A DNA stretch of 64,000 bases from an uncultured Nitrososphaerota archaeon (GCA_963703285.1 OY969807.1:1152001-1216000), one strand, 5' to 3'. Positions 19,109-29,322 are shown, numbered from the stretch's first letter. Notes: a model not told the origin generated them from the sequence alone. Made by a program: numbers and translations.

Positions 19109-19810
19109 TCACCTTGCGTCCTTAACCTGTCGGGTTGACAGCGTTACCAGCGGTGCTCCACTCCTCTCCTTCTTCCCGAACCTTGGATACAGCAACTCGA
19201 ACGCACACAGGAAAACGGAGACGGTGAGGAGGAACCAGTTGCTCAGGAGAGAGACGCCGTCGAACGTCAACCCCGACACCAGGTTCACCGCCTGAAGGTC
19301 CATCTGCCCGGGGTCGAAGAGAAGCACGACGACCGCGAGGAAGAGTATGGACGGCAAAGCGAAGATTTTCACCCCCCGCGCGAGGCCCCAAGCAAGGGAC
19401 AGGGCGACCACCGTCAGCCCCCATATCAGGAGGGCGAGCGCCCCGTATCCCACGGCGCCGTTCTGTCCCAAGGCGCTGCCGCCGAAATACCCGAAGACGG
19501 CCAATGGATACTGTGTCAGGTTCCAGCCGTAGATGTCAAGGACGTCCTTCCCCTGTCTGAAGTTGCACAGGACGAGGAGGGCATAGGACAACGTCCCGAG
19601 GGCCGCCAGCGCAGCGGACAGACGGGAGAGTGGAGGCTTGAGGTGCCTCCTCAGGAACGGGGAGTCGAACAGGTAGCCGAACCGGGAGGACTTCAGCACG
19701 ATGGTGGACAGCAGCAACAGCGCGACGATCAGGAGGCCTTCGGCGACCTCGAACTGCGAGGCGGAAGACCACACTAGCTTCCCGCCGAAAGTGTTGGCAA
19801 TCACGCCCAT
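19109..19810 (-). CDS. Multi-pass membrane protein
   Basis: About five hydrophobic segments; start uncertain. Confidence 0.6.
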   Translation of the reverse strand: MGVIANTFGGKLVWSSASQFEVAEGLLIVALLLLSTIVLKSSRFGYLFDSPFLRRHLKPPLSRLSAALAALGTLSYALLVLCNFRQGKDVLDIYGWNLTQYPLAVFGYFGGSALGQNGAVGYGALALLIWGLTVVALSLAWGLARGVKIFALPSILFLAVVVLLFDPGQMDLQAVNLVSGLTFDGVSLLSNWFLLTVSVFLCAFELLYPRFGKKERSGAPLVTLSTRQVKDAR

Positions 19811-20054
19811 TGGGGGTCCATCATCTCCTAGCCATCCAGACGACAAAGGCTCTTCGCGACTTAGATATGAAAGCATCGAACAGAAGATACTTGCAGCTCC
19901 GCTCTCGCACATTGTGCCAGTATGTTAATGCCGGCCTTCGCAACCGGTTGATTGATGAAGAGGGGGAGGAGCCTACGGCGCCCTATCTGCACGGCGCTAG
20001 ACGGTTCCCGGCAAGCTGGCGACCGCGCGGGGGAGCCCACTGTGTGAAGGGGCT

Positions 20055-21146
20055 TTACTCCTCTCTCCATTCGAAGAAACGCACGGCGAGGGCGAAGATG
20101 ACTGCGGAGATGACGACGAGCACGCCGAGGTCGAGCAGCGCCGCGCCGTAGTTCCCGTAGATCATGACGTTCGTCAGTCCGTCTATGACGTAATAGAGCG
20201 GGAGGACGTGGGCGACGGATTGCAGGAATGGCGGCATCGAGGAGACCTGGAAGAATGTCCCAGAGAGGAACATCATCGGGAAGGTGACCAGGTTGCCGAC
20301 GACCGAAGCCGACTCGGGTGATTTGGAGGCTGCCCCCACCAGCATTCCCAGGGAGACGAAGAGCAGGGGGCCCACAACCAGGAACGGCAGGAGGCCCAGA
20401 GAGAGCGTGATGTGCGCGCCAAAGATCAATACTCCCGCGGCGACCATCAGGCAGAAGGAGATCACCGTCATCATGACGTACCACAGCACCTTCGAGAACA
20501 GCCACTCGGTCTTGGTCATCGGTGTCAGCGAGAGGACCTTGAAGATTTTGTCCCGCTTGTAGGTCGAGCTTATGTTGACGAGAGCGAACATGGGGCTCGT
20601 CAGAACCGCGAATCCAATCAGCCCTGGCACGAGGAAGTCGATGTACTTGTAGGAGGGCGAAGCGACGGTCAGCGACTGGAGCCCCAGCACCGCCGTGCCG
20701 TGAGCCCGCGCGAGGTTGAGCGAGTTCAGGACGGAGGCCGCTATCCCGGTCACGACACCGTTTGTGGTAGACGCGGGGTTGCCATAGAGAGTGGCGTTCA
20801 CCGGAATACCCGAGTCGAAGTCGGCCGTGAAGTTGGCCGGGATTAAGATTCCTTCTGAGGCGGAGTGAGATAGGAGATACTGGGAGAAGTTGTCGCCTGC
20901 CGGGACCGGGACGAGCTTTATCGCCGTCGTTCCGTTCAGAGCGCTGATGAATTGGGCGCTCGCCTGGCCCCCGTCCTTGTTCTGGACGTAGACCGTCGTC
21001 GGGTCCCCGCTCCCCGAGAAGATGGCGCCGAAGATGAGGATAAGCACGATGGGGAAGATGAGCGTGAAGAAGGCGCCCTCCTTGCTGCGAACGAACCCCG
21101 TTCCGAATACCCTGAGGTCGGCCAGGGTCCTCCTGATGCTGACCAA
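20055..21146 (-). CDS. ABC-2 type permease
   Basis: YIDFLVPGLIG, FLSGTFF, PLYY motifs. Confidence 0.9.
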   Translation of the reverse strand: MVSIRRTLADLRVFGTGFVRSKEGAFFTLIFPIVLILIFGAIFSGSGDPTTVYVQNKDGGQASAQFISALNGTTAIKLVPVPAGDNFSQYLLSHSASEGILIPANFTADFDSGIPVNATLYGNPASTTNGVVTGIAASVLNSLNLARAHGTAVLGLQSLTVASPSYKYIDFLVPGLIGFAVLTSPMFALVNISSTYKRDKIFKVLSLTPMTKTEWLFSKVLWYVMMTVISFCLMVAAGVLIFGAHITLSLGLLPFLVVGPLLFVSLGMLVGAASKSPESASVVGNLVTFPMMFLSGTFFQVSSMPPFLQSVAHVLPLYYVIDGLTNVMIYGNYGAALLDLGVLVVISAVIFALAVRFFEWREE

Positions 21147-21152
21147 GGTCGC

Positions 21153-22091
21153 TCAGCTCCCTCCGTGGGCGCCGTCGCCATTATCTGCCGGGGGCTCCCC
21201 GACCATCCTGATGAAGATGTCCTCGAGGCTGTCCCTCTTGGTCGTAAGCTCGGACCAGGCCATCCCCGAATCGGAGATGGCGTCGAGCGCCGTCACGGCG
21301 TCCTCCTTCTGATTCAGGAAGACCGTCAACTTGCCTGAGTAGTACTCGACCCTGAGCTGGGTAGCCCTTCGAAGGTGGTCTGAGAGATCGCTGCCGCAGC
21401 GAATCGTCAGTCTCTCCCCGGATCCATACTTCGAGACTATCTCGTCCAGGGTCCCATGAGCGATGATCTTGCCGCGGTTCATTATCGCGACCCGGTCCGC
21501 CAGCTCCTCCGCCTCTTCGAGGTAGTGGGTGGTCAGCAGCACCCCCCTTCCCTGCTTCCTGAGGTTCCTGATCACCTCCCAGACCGCCCTCCTCGCCTGC
21601 GGGTCCAGGCCCGTCGTCGGCTCGTCCAGGAAGACAAGTTCCGGGTCGTTCACGAGCGAGAGCGCCATCCCCATCTTCTGCTTCTGACCTCCCGAGAGGT
21701 GCATGAAGTAGACGTCGGCCGCCTCTTCGAGTATGACCTCCTTCAGGATCTGGTCCACATCGACCCGCCTCCCGAAGAGGGCTGCGTAGAACCTGATTGC
21801 CTCCCTCGGAGTCGGATAGTCGAGGAACTTGAAACCTTGGGGTATGACCCCAATCTTCTTGTGCAGGTCGTACCCCTTCGCCCACGGGTCGAGGCCCAGG
21901 ACGTTCACGCTGCCGCTTTCCCTATTCCTCAGGCCCTCAAGTATCTCAATCGTCGTCGTCTTTCCCGCGCCGTTGGGGCCCAGGAGCGAGAAGACCTCCC
22001 CTTGTTCGACCGTGAACGAGATTCCGTCGACCGCGTGAAGGCTGCCGTAGGACTTCTGAAGCGATTCGACCTCGATGGCTCTTTGTGACAT
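21153..22091 (-). CDS. ABC transporter ATP-binding protein
   Basis: GPNGAGKT, LSGGQ, FLDEPT, TTHY. Confidence 0.95.
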   Translation of the reverse strand: MSQRAIEVESLQKSYGSLHAVDGISFTVEQGEVFSLLGPNGAGKTTTIEILEGLRNRESGSVNVLGLDPWAKGYDLHKKIGVIPQGFKFLDYPTPREAIRFYAALFGRRVDVDQILKEVILEEAADVYFMHLSGGQKQKMGMALSLVNDPELVFLDEPTTGLDPQARRAVWEVIRNLRKQGRGVLLTTHYLEEAEELADRVAIMNRGKIIAHGTLDEIVSKYGSGERLTIRCGSDLSDHLRRATQLRVEYYSGKLTVFLNQKEDAVTALDAISDSGMAWSELTTKRDSLEDIFIRMVGEPPADNGDGAHGGS

Positions 22092-22109
22092 GTCTCCGTC
22101 ATCAGCCTG

Positions 22110-22142
22110 ACTGACTGGTCAGTATTTATTCCTACTGGTCAG
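22110..22142. promoter_or_regulatory. Putative TetR operator sites
   Basis: ACTGAC-TG-GTCAGT palindrome plus a second copy CTACTGGTCAG between the divergent ABC and TetR genes. Confidence 0.6.
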
Positions 22143-22176
22143 ATACATCTTAAATACTCGCGACTTCGGCCCAGGA

Positions 22177-22803
22177 TTGATGCCGAAAGTAGTACCCAAG
22201 TACAAGGATGAGGCCAAGGGCAGGATTCTAGATGCGGCCGCGCAGGTCTTTGCGGAGAAAGGCTTCAGCAGGGCGACGATGGACGACATCGCCAAGAAGA
22301 TCGGGGTCAGCAAGGGGGCGCTCTACCTGTACTTCAAGAGCAAGGAACAGCTGTTCGAGGAGCTGTGTCGGACCGCCACCCGGAATCTTGAGGAGAACCT
22401 GGACTCGGCTTTCATGGGAGCGGACGTCGAGAAGGGTGCCGACGCCTACTTTGACAGGGACATCGGGCTCAGCACGGCCAACGTGACCCTGTGGCTGCAG
22501 ACCCTCGCCGAGGCCAGGAGCAACAGAGTCGTCCAGAAGATGCAGGAAGAAACCTCCGCGCGAATAATCGATGTACTCGCAAACTTCGTCGAAGAGCTGA
22601 AGAAGAGAGGACTCGTGAGACGGGAACTCGATAGCATATCAGTTGCGAAGGTCTTTTCAGCGTTTCACGATGGTGTTCTCGTCAGCATGCTGCAAGGAGC
22701 CACCGTGTCCACGGCGAAGGAGACGTGGAGGGAAGGGTTGCGGTCCTTCATAAATGGGATGGGGGAGGGAACCCATCTAGACGCCCCGGTCTCTTCGAAG
22801 TGA
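22177..22803 (+). CDS. TetR/AcrR family regulator
   Basis: ILDAA..VFAEKG...[26 protein letters not shown]. Confidence 0.93.
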   Translation: MMPKVVPKYKDEAKGRILDAAAQVFAEKGFSRATMDDIAKKIGVSKGALYLYFKSKEQLFEELCRTATRNLEENLDSAFMGADVEKGADAYFDRDIGLSTANVTLWLQTLAEARSNRVVQKMQEETSARIIDVLANFVEELKKRGLVRRELDSISVAKVFSAFHDGVLVSMLQGATVSTAKETWREGLRSFINGMGEGTHLDAPVSSK

Positions 22804-22896
22804 TTGACCAGCAATGGTGCGCGACTGAGAAGCTCCGCGAACGTTCGCCATCAATACTTGGAATTCTATATATCCGCCATCCTAGGATTAGATGAC

Positions 22897-23238
22897 ATGG
22901 ACAGCCAGACGGCCTGGAAGATAATCGGCGCCAATCTCGATAAGCTCGTCCCGTTGATGTTGACCGTCCAGAAGGGCAGCTCCGTCGACGTCTTCTGCGA
23001 TCTGACCGGGGCAAATCTAGCCTTCTCTAGCCCCTCCGGCCTCGCCATCATCAAACTATGCTCCGTGAGTGCTCCCGACCTGGAGGGGAGCTATGGCGTT
23101 CATCCCCGGGGCAACTCCTTCGTGAACGATGATGGGGAGGAGATACCCCGGGAAAAGCTCGCGGCCTATCTGGTGGACTACATAGTCGGAGCGAAGGATG
23201 GAGGGGCGGAATGGGGCTGGGAATTCAAGACGGGCTAG
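22897..23238 (+). CDS. Hypothetical protein
   Basis: ORF with ATG 22897 preceded by a TATATAT box. Confidence 0.6.
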   Translation: MDSQTAWKIIGANLDKLVPLMLTVQKGSSVDVFCDLTGANLAFSSPSGLAIIKLCSVSAPDLEGSYGVHPRGNSFVNDDGEEIPREKLAAYLVDYIVGAKDGGAEWGWEFKTG

Positions 23239-23492
23239 GATGAATGTGGACGACCGACGATAACAAAATCCTGCATTCCACAGCTCGGCGCCCTGCGAAC
23301 CTGAGATGTCGCCCGACGATTTTCGTACTCGCTCGATTGGTGTTGGGCGCGATCGCCGATCTCATCTTCCGGCGTAGGAACGTGGGTTCGGAGTCCGAAC
23401 AACTATCCCATCGGCGTGTTCGATGAGTCCTGCGTGGTGGGAACGACTTGCAGTTTATCGGTACCACGGTCAGCATCATACGCATCGGCGGC

Positions 23493-23774
23493 CTAGAGGC
23501 TGAACCTGAGGAGCACCGCCAGCGCCACGAACTGGGACCCTGCGATCGCCGAGAGGAAGGGCACCGTCTGAGCGCCGAAGAGGGGGGCCATGCTGCCATA
23601 GGCGTAGATCGTCAGCAGGTTCTGCGCAAGGAGGAAGAACGCGAAGACTATCAGCGCGAAGGAAAGCACGGCCCTGCTCCTCGCGGCTATGCGCCCGTAG
23701 AGGAAGACGAGCGCGACGAGCACGGCGCAGTTCATCCCCGAAAATACGAGGGCTACGTCCATCAACAGTTCCAA
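23493..23774 (-). CDS. Small 3-TM membrane protein
   Basis: Three hydrophobic helices; divergent from the wHTH gene. Confidence 0.75.
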   Translation of the reverse strand: MELLMDVALVFSGMNCAVLVALVFLYGRIAARSRAVLSFALIVFAFFLLAQNLLTIYAYGSMAPLFGAQTVPFLSAIAGSQFVALAVLLRFSL

Positions 23775-23887
23775 CGAATCTACCGGTTCGCGGCCCGCCT
23801 TTCCCCCTGATGTTTAACCGTTTTTCAAGATTGGTGTGGAATTTAGCCTTCAACCGATAAATAGCGTTTGACGCGCCCGTCCGCAGG

Positions 23888-24193
23888 ATGACGGATGACC
23901 CGGAGCTGCGCCGGTTGCTCTGGTTCGTCCTCGGCGCGACGAGGGGAGGGGAGAACAGGGTCAGGATCGTGAAGGCGCTGAGGGAACAGCCGGCGAATAT
24001 CAACCAGCTGTCCACGAGGCTGGGGATGGACTACCGCCTGGTCAACCACCACGTGGAGGTCCTCGACAAGAACTCGCTGCTCAAAGCGTCCGGGGAGCGC
24101 TACGGGCGGATGTACTTCCTCAACCCGTGGCTGGAGTCCCACTTCGAGATATTCGAGGAGATCGTCCGCAAGCTCAAGATGGAGCAGGGCTGA
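23888..24193 (+). CDS. ArsR-like wHTH regulator
   Basis: LLWFVLGATRGGENR...PANINQLS...DYRLVNHH...YG.MYF archaeal ArsR-like pattern. Confidence 0.88.
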   Translation: MTDDPELRRLLWFVLGATRGGENRVRIVKALREQPANINQLSTRLGMDYRLVNHHVEVLDKNSLLKASGERYGRMYFLNPWLESHFEIFEEIVRKLKMEQG

Positions 24194-24208
24194 GTCTCGG
24201 CCCCTAGG

Positions 24209-24253
24209 AATCCGGAACCAATCTGTAACAGATTCTGCTCCAATCCTGAAAAA
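24209..24253 (+). promoter_or_regulatory. 11-bp periodic direct-repeat operator
   Basis: AATCC/AATCT/GATTC/AATCC at 24209, 24220, 24231 and 24242; 19/24 match to the reverse complement of 23821-23844. Confidence 0.55.
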
Positions 24254-24401
24254 TCGCCTAATAGGCTGAGGCCGCGTCCCGGCCTATGAAAACGACACAG
24301 AGGAACTTATCAGCAACACTCTCAGTCCTACCCATGGCTCCGCCACCCACGCGGGTGGCCCGGGCGTATCCAGGCCTGAACTCAACGGGGGCGGGACGCA
24401 G

Positions 24402-25535
24402 TTGAATGTGAAGACCTTGGCCGCTCTGGGCGGTGTCATATTCCTCCTCGCGCTCTTCTCCGCCGCGGGCGGGGCAGCCGCCGCAAGGCCGGGAGACGTC
24501 TACACGACGGACAACGCGGCAACGGTCAACCACGTCCTGCAGTACCAGACCGGTCCGACCGGGTCGCTCACCCTCGTAGGCACATTCTCGACGCAAGGCG
24601 CAGGGACGGGCAGCGCGCTGGCCAGCCAAGACGCCGTGGTGCTGACCCCGAACGGGCAGTGGCTCCTGACGGTAGACGCCGGCAGCGACCAGATCACCTC
24701 CTTCCAGGTCCACGCCGACGGAGGCCCCACCTTCGCCGACATCGTCGGCTCTCAGGGGACGGCCCCGATCTCGCTGGCGGTGAGCGCGCAGTACGGGCCC
24801 AACGCAGCCAACGGACCCAGCTATCTCGTCTACGTCCTGGACAACGGCACTTCGACGGTCCCCGGGAACATCGCTGGCTTCACCCTGAACGGGCAGGGCC
24901 AGCTGACCTACATCTCCGGCTCCACCCAGCCCCTCAGCGGCAAGCCCAACACCTCCCCTGAACAGATAGGGTTCAGCACGGACGGGAACGTGCTCGTCGT
25001 CACAGAGAAGGCGGCGGGCGTGATCGACACCTACACGGTCAGCAGAGGCGGCGTTGCGACTCCGTCCGCGGTGGTGCCCTCGAACGGCGAGGGACCCTAC
25101 GGCTTCGTCTTCACGCCCCAGGGCTACCTTCTCGTGACCGAGGCGGCGACGGGAACCGTCTCATCATACGCGGTCTCCGACACCGGAATCCTCAGGACCC
25201 TCAGCGGCGCAATCCCTGACTTCGGGCTCGCGCCCTGCTGGATCGCCATACCCCACGATGGGACCTACGCATACACGAGCAACGCTCACGGGGGGACCAT
25301 CTCGGGCTACTCGGTCTCCGGCACGGGAACCCTCAGCCTCTTCAGCTCGGTCGCAGCCAAGACCTCCATACCCACCCTCGACCTGGCGTTCAGCGGCAAC
25401 AACCAGTACCTGTACGCCCTGAACGGCGGCGAGATCACGAGCTTCCAGGTCTATCCGGGCGGCAGCATCTACCAGGTCTCGACAACGGCAGCGGGCGGAC
25501 TACCTGCATCTGCAACTGGCCTCGCGGCCAGTTGA
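24402..25535 (+). CDS. Secreted lactonase-family beta-propeller protein
   Basis: Signal peptide; AGSDQITSF, PEQIGFS, GPYGF, APCWIA blades. Confidence 0.82.
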   Translation: MNVKTLAALGGVIFLLALFSAAGGAAAARPGDVYTTDNAATVNHVLQYQTGPTGSLTLVGTFSTQGAGTGSALASQDAVVLTPNGQWLLTVDAGSDQITSFQVHADGGPTFADIVGSQGTAPISLAVSAQYGPNAANGPSYLVYVLDNGTSTVPGNIAGFTLNGQGQLTYISGSTQPLSGKPNTSPEQIGFSTDGNVLVVTEKAAGVIDTYTVSRGGVATPSAVVPSNGEGPYGFVFTPQGYLLVTEAATGTVSSYAVSDTGILRTLSGAIPDFGLAPCWIAIPHDGTYAYTSNAHGGTISGYSVSGTGTLSLFSSVAAKTSIPTLDLAFSGNNQYLYALNGGEITSFQVYPGGSIYQVSTTAAGGLPASATGLAAS

Positions 25536-25692
25536 GGGTAGTCCTCCTCCCTCCTTTTCTTTTCTCAACGGAAAGGCTACTCTGCATCCCGTCGCGATTC
25601 ACCCTCGGCCGGAGCGGGACCGGATTCTCGGGCCGACAGGTTCGGCAACCTGCAGGTTTAACTGCTCCCACCCTCTGCTACCGCTAGCGGGA

Positions 25693-26274
25693 TTGACTCC
25701 TTCGGAGCCTCCTCCCAGGAGGCCGATGAACAGGCGGCTCGGACTGCTCCTGATGGTGCTGGTCGCAGTGCTCCTCGTGGCGGTCTTCGCGCAGCAGGCG
25801 GTAAGCCCTCCGGCCTGGGCGTTCAGCGGAGCCTATGCGGATTATTCCGGGAACGGCTTCAACACCAATCTCGGCGGGCCCGAATACCTTACCGGGATCT
25901 ACGTCTACAACTTGAACCTCACCGTGCTCTCGACAAACTCGTCGGCGGCGCAGGTTCGCATCTCCTTCTCCGGGGAGATAGGTGAGCTGGCGTACGCGAA
26001 CTCGTCGACAGCCTGGGTCCGGTTCGGGACGGACGACCTGATCAGGGCCCTCGGGGGGAACGGCACCTACAGCACGACCGCGGGAATCGTAGAGATCGAC
26101 AACGCACCCACCTCCGTCGTCGAATACGTCTTCAGAGGTCCAGGCCCGGAAATCTACACTATCTACGCAGGCAGCTACGGTGGCTTCCCGATCGGCACGA
26201 ACGCCGAATACGGCGGAGGAGTCTCTGTCTCTGCGTACCTTGTCAGGACGAACATCCCTGGACTTTCGACGTAG
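25693..26274 (+). CDS. Membrane-anchored/secreted hypothetical protein
   Basis: N-terminal TM; WAFSGAYADYSG...RTNIP pattern; N-x-S/T sequons. Confidence 0.65.
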   Translation: MTPSEPPPRRPMNRRLGLLLMVLVAVLLVAVFAQQAVSPPAWAFSGAYADYSGNGFNTNLGGPEYLTGIYVYNLNLTVLSTNSSAAQVRISFSGEIGELAYANSSTAWVRFGTDDLIRALGGNGTYSTTAGIVEIDNAPTSVVEYVFRGPGPEIYTIYAGSYGGFPIGTNAEYGGGVSVSAYLVRTNIPGLST

Positions 26275-26310
26275 GGGACCCGGGGTCGAGCGTCCTATCC
26301 GCGCTGGACT

Positions 26311-27639
26311 TCATATGCTGGTGTAGATCAGTGCGATGTTCAGCGCCACTATGGAGCCCCCGACGACGAGCGCAAGGACGGTCGTCGAGTGCCGGTTAAC
26401 GAACGAGCCCATTACCTTCCTCTTGCTGGTGTACCAGATCAACGGGATCATCGGGAGCGGAATCAGTATGCTCAGGAAGACCTGGCTGTAGAAGAGCAGC
26501 GCCAGCGGACTGAGCCCTATGAGGATGCAGATCGTCGTGGGGAAGACGTTGACGCCCCGGGTGATGATCCGTCTCAGGTAAGGGTTCACCTTGACGCTGA
26601 GAAGCGAGGTCATGACCTCCTGCCCCGCCAGGGTCCCGACGACCGAGGAGGCGATCCCGGAAGCGAGGAGAGTCAGCGCGAAGATCTTGGGCGCGAAACT
26701 GCCGAAGAGCTTCCCCAGTACCTGGTACGCGTCGTTGATCTGCTGAATGTTCGTGTATCCGTGAGTGTAGAAGGCGGCGACGGCCATGACGAGAATCGCC
26801 ACGTTCACGCAGCCGGCGATCGAGAGGATGATGACCGTCTCCCGCTGGTGGAGCCTGAGGAACTTCTTCTTCGGGGCGCGGTCGTCCTCCTTGATTCCCC
26901 ACCTGCCCATCTTGGTCGCCGTAAGTGAGGAGTGCAGCCAGAGGACGTGGGGCATCACCGTGGCGCCGACTATTCCCACGACGACGAGGACGGCGCCGGC
27001 TGGGACGGATGGGAGTGTCGGGGTGACGGAGTGGATGGCAATCTGACTGATACTCGGGACGGTGATCAGGAGCTCGTAGAGGAAGCCTATGGCTATCACC
27101 GAGACGAAGGCCATGAAGAAGTACTCTATCACCCGGAAACGGTTGCTCGTCAGCGCCAGGAGGATGATGACGTCCAGCGCTCCGAAGATGCTCGCGTAGA
27201 GGAGAGGGATGTTGAAGAGGATGTTCAGCGCTATGACGGTCCCTAGATACTCGGCCAGGTCTGTCGCGGCTATAGCGAGTTCGGCCGCGAGCCAGTACGA
27301 AACGATGCGCCTTCTGGTCTTCAGCGAGCCCCGGAGGTGTTGCGCGAGGCTGTTCCCGGTCGCAATCCCCAGCTTTCCCGAGAGGTACTGCAGTACCATG
27401 GCGAAGATGCTCGCCATCCAGACGGCCCAGATCAGGGTGTAGCCGTAGACCGACCCCCCCGCAATATCCGTCCCGAAGTTCCCCGGGTCGATGTACGCGA
27501 GGCTCACTATCAGAGTCGGGCCTAGATATGCGATGAAATCGCGAACCGAGATGTGAGGGTTCCTCCTCTGCTGCTCGGTCACCTCCGGAATTTGCATCTG
27601 TTCCGGTGGCTGGAGGATTTTCTCGGGCGGTCCGCTCAT
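26311..27639 (-). CDS. mntH: Nramp divalent metal transporter
   Basis: YIDPGNF and GATVMPH metal-binding motifs. Confidence 0.93.
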   Translation of the reverse strand: MSGPPEKILQPPEQMQIPEVTEQQRRNPHISVRDFIAYLGPTLIVSLAYIDPGNFGTDIAGGSVYGYTLIWAVWMASIFAMVLQYLSGKLGIATGNSLAQHLRGSLKTRRRIVSYWLAAELAIAATDLAEYLGTVIALNILFNIPLLYASIFGALDVIILLALTSNRFRVIEYFFMAFVSVIAIGFLYELLITVPSISQIAIHSVTPTLPSVPAGAVLVVVGIVGATVMPHVLWLHSSLTATKMGRWGIKEDDRAPKKKFLRLHQRETVIILSIAGCVNVAILVMAVAAFYTHGYTNIQQINDAYQVLGKLFGSFAPKIFALTLLASGIASSVVGTLAGQEVMTSLLSVKVNPYLRRIITRGVNVFPTTICILIGLSPLALLFYSQVFLSILIPLPMIPLIWYTSKRKVMGSFVNRHSTTVLALVVGGSIVALNIALIYTSI

Positions 27640-27675
27640 GAACAGCTAGGTGGAAGAATTGCGCGATATATAAAC

Positions 27676-27689
27676 TTAGGTGACTCTAA
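27676..27689. promoter_or_regulatory. DtxR/MntR-type operator
   Basis: TTAGGTGACTCTAA quasi-palindrome next to the mntH TATA box. Confidence 0.65.
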
Positions 27690-27773
27690 TATTTTTTGGC
27701 AGTTCAAACCTTTGTAGACGTCTCAAAATGTTTTTAAGCTGTCGAACTTCGTCGGCCCTCCATCGAAGACGCG

Positions 27774-28196
27774 TTGAAGAGGACAACCCAGGTCAAGCAG
27801 GAGACGCCCAGGACGGAGGACTATCTAGAAGCCATCTACCACCTGGCTCATGACAAGGGCTACGCGAGCACCATCGACATAGCGGCCAGGCTCGAGGTCA
27901 GCGCGGCGAGCGTCTCGAACATGTTGAAGAGCCTGGCCGCCGGAGGGGACCTGACGTACGAGCCCTACCGCGGGATGAGATTGACCTCGAAGGGCGAGAG
28001 GGTCGCCAGGTCTGTGATCTCCAGGCACGAGACGCTCATGGAGTTCCTGACCATGTTAGGCGTGGACGAGGCGACGGCATACAGAGACGCAGAGGGAATC
28101 GAACACCACCTCCACCCGGAGACAGAGCGCGCGCTGGAGAAGTTGACGCAGTTCCTGCGGAATCATCGCGCCCTGTTGAAGGGCGTACGAGAGTAG
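27774..28196 (+). CDS. DtxR/MntR metal-dependent regulator
   Basis: EDYLEAIY, YEPYRG, RHETL, DAEGIEHH. Confidence 0.92.
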   Translation: MKRTTQVKQETPRTEDYLEAIYHLAHDKGYASTIDIAARLEVSAASVSNMLKSLAAGGDLTYEPYRGMRLTSKGERVARSVISRHETLMEFLTMLGVDEATAYRDAEGIEHHLHPETERALEKLTQFLRNHRALLKGVRE

Positions 28197-28407
28197 TCCG
28201 GAAAGACCGTGAGAATATTCGTCTCGGCACACCTGCTCAAGACGAACATGCCCGGGCCTTCCATGTAGCCGACCGCGAAGAAGCAACCTGAACAGCGAGT
28301 GACGTGCCGGCGCGCCTCAGGGTCTCCCTTCGAATCAGGGGCCCCGCATTTGAATGCTCCTTCGAGGTGGGCGTTAATATCTGGCCCGTGGGTTTGGTTG
28401 CGTTCCT

Positions 28408-28698
28408 ATGAACGTCCTCGCTACGGACGTGCTCTTCTGGATGCTGATAGTCGGCTTCGTCGGGTTCGCGGCGATGGGCATCGACAAGGCGCTGGCGAGG
28501 TCGAACTGGGGCGAGAGGATAAGCGAGAGGACGCTGTGGGGCGTGGCGATGGCCGGCGGCTTCGTCGGGGTCGTTGTCGGCGCCCTGATCTTTCACCACA
28601 AGACCTCGAAGGTGGAATTCTGGCCGCCGGTCGTGCTCGCCGTCATCCTATGGGTCGCAATCCTGGTCTTGGTCAATCTCGGTCGTCTTTCGTACTAA
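28408..28698 (+). CDS. DUF1294 membrane protein
   Basis: MGIDK.LA...RISERTL...GG..G...FHHKTSK. Confidence 0.85.
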   Translation: MNVLATDVLFWMLIVGFVGFAAMGIDKALARSNWGERISERTLWGVAMAGGFVGVVVGALIFHHKTSKVEFWPPVVLAVILWVAILVLVNLGRLSY

Positions 28699-28741
28699 TT
28701 TTAATACGGACTCTGGAGGGAACGGGTTCACGTCCAACAGA

Positions 28742-29218
28742 TTGCGGGGACCGAACATAAGAGAGGGAGAGGAGAAGGATTTACCCGTCCTTCTTGAGTT
28801 GATCAAGGACCTTGCGGCATTTGAGAATTCGACAGACCAGGTCACAAACTCCATCGAGCAGATGAGGCGGGAGAGGCAGTCGTTCGGCTTCTTCCTCGCG
28901 GAGGAGGATGGAAAGGTCCTCGGAGCCGCCGTCTATTTCTTCGCGTACTACACCTGGGTCGGGAAGAGTCTCTACCTGGACGACCTGTACGTGAGGCCCG
29001 AGCACAGACGCAAGAATGTGGGGAGCATGCTACTGAGGAAGGTCCTTGAGCTCGCGAAGAGAGAGGAGTGCAAGAGGGTGCGACTGCAGGTTCTCGACTG
29101 GAACGAGAATGCGATATCCTTCTACAAGAAGCACGGAGGCTCCGTCAGCGGCGAGTGGCTCAACTGCGATTTTGACGCCGAAGGAATCGGACACTTCCTT
29201 GACAAGAGTCCGCCGTGA
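28742..29218 (+). CDS. GNAT acetyltransferase (SSAT-like)
   Basis: LYLDDLYVRPEHR, VLDWNENAISFY. Confidence 0.9.
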   Translation: MRGPNIREGEEKDLPVLLELIKDLAAFENSTDQVTNSIEQMRRERQSFGFFLAEEDGKVLGAAVYFFAYYTWVGKSLYLDDLYVRPEHRRKNVGSMLLRKVLELAKREECKRVRLQVLDWNENAISFYKKHGGSVSGEWLNCDFDAEGIGHFLDKSPP

Positions 29219-29322
29219 AGCGGGCAAGACCGTCGAGGCGCTGGGCTGGCCGACCCCGGACCATCTAGCGCGCAGGGCACGATGATAAAGTAAGAGCGGA
29301 CGGACCTGAACACTACTGAGCG

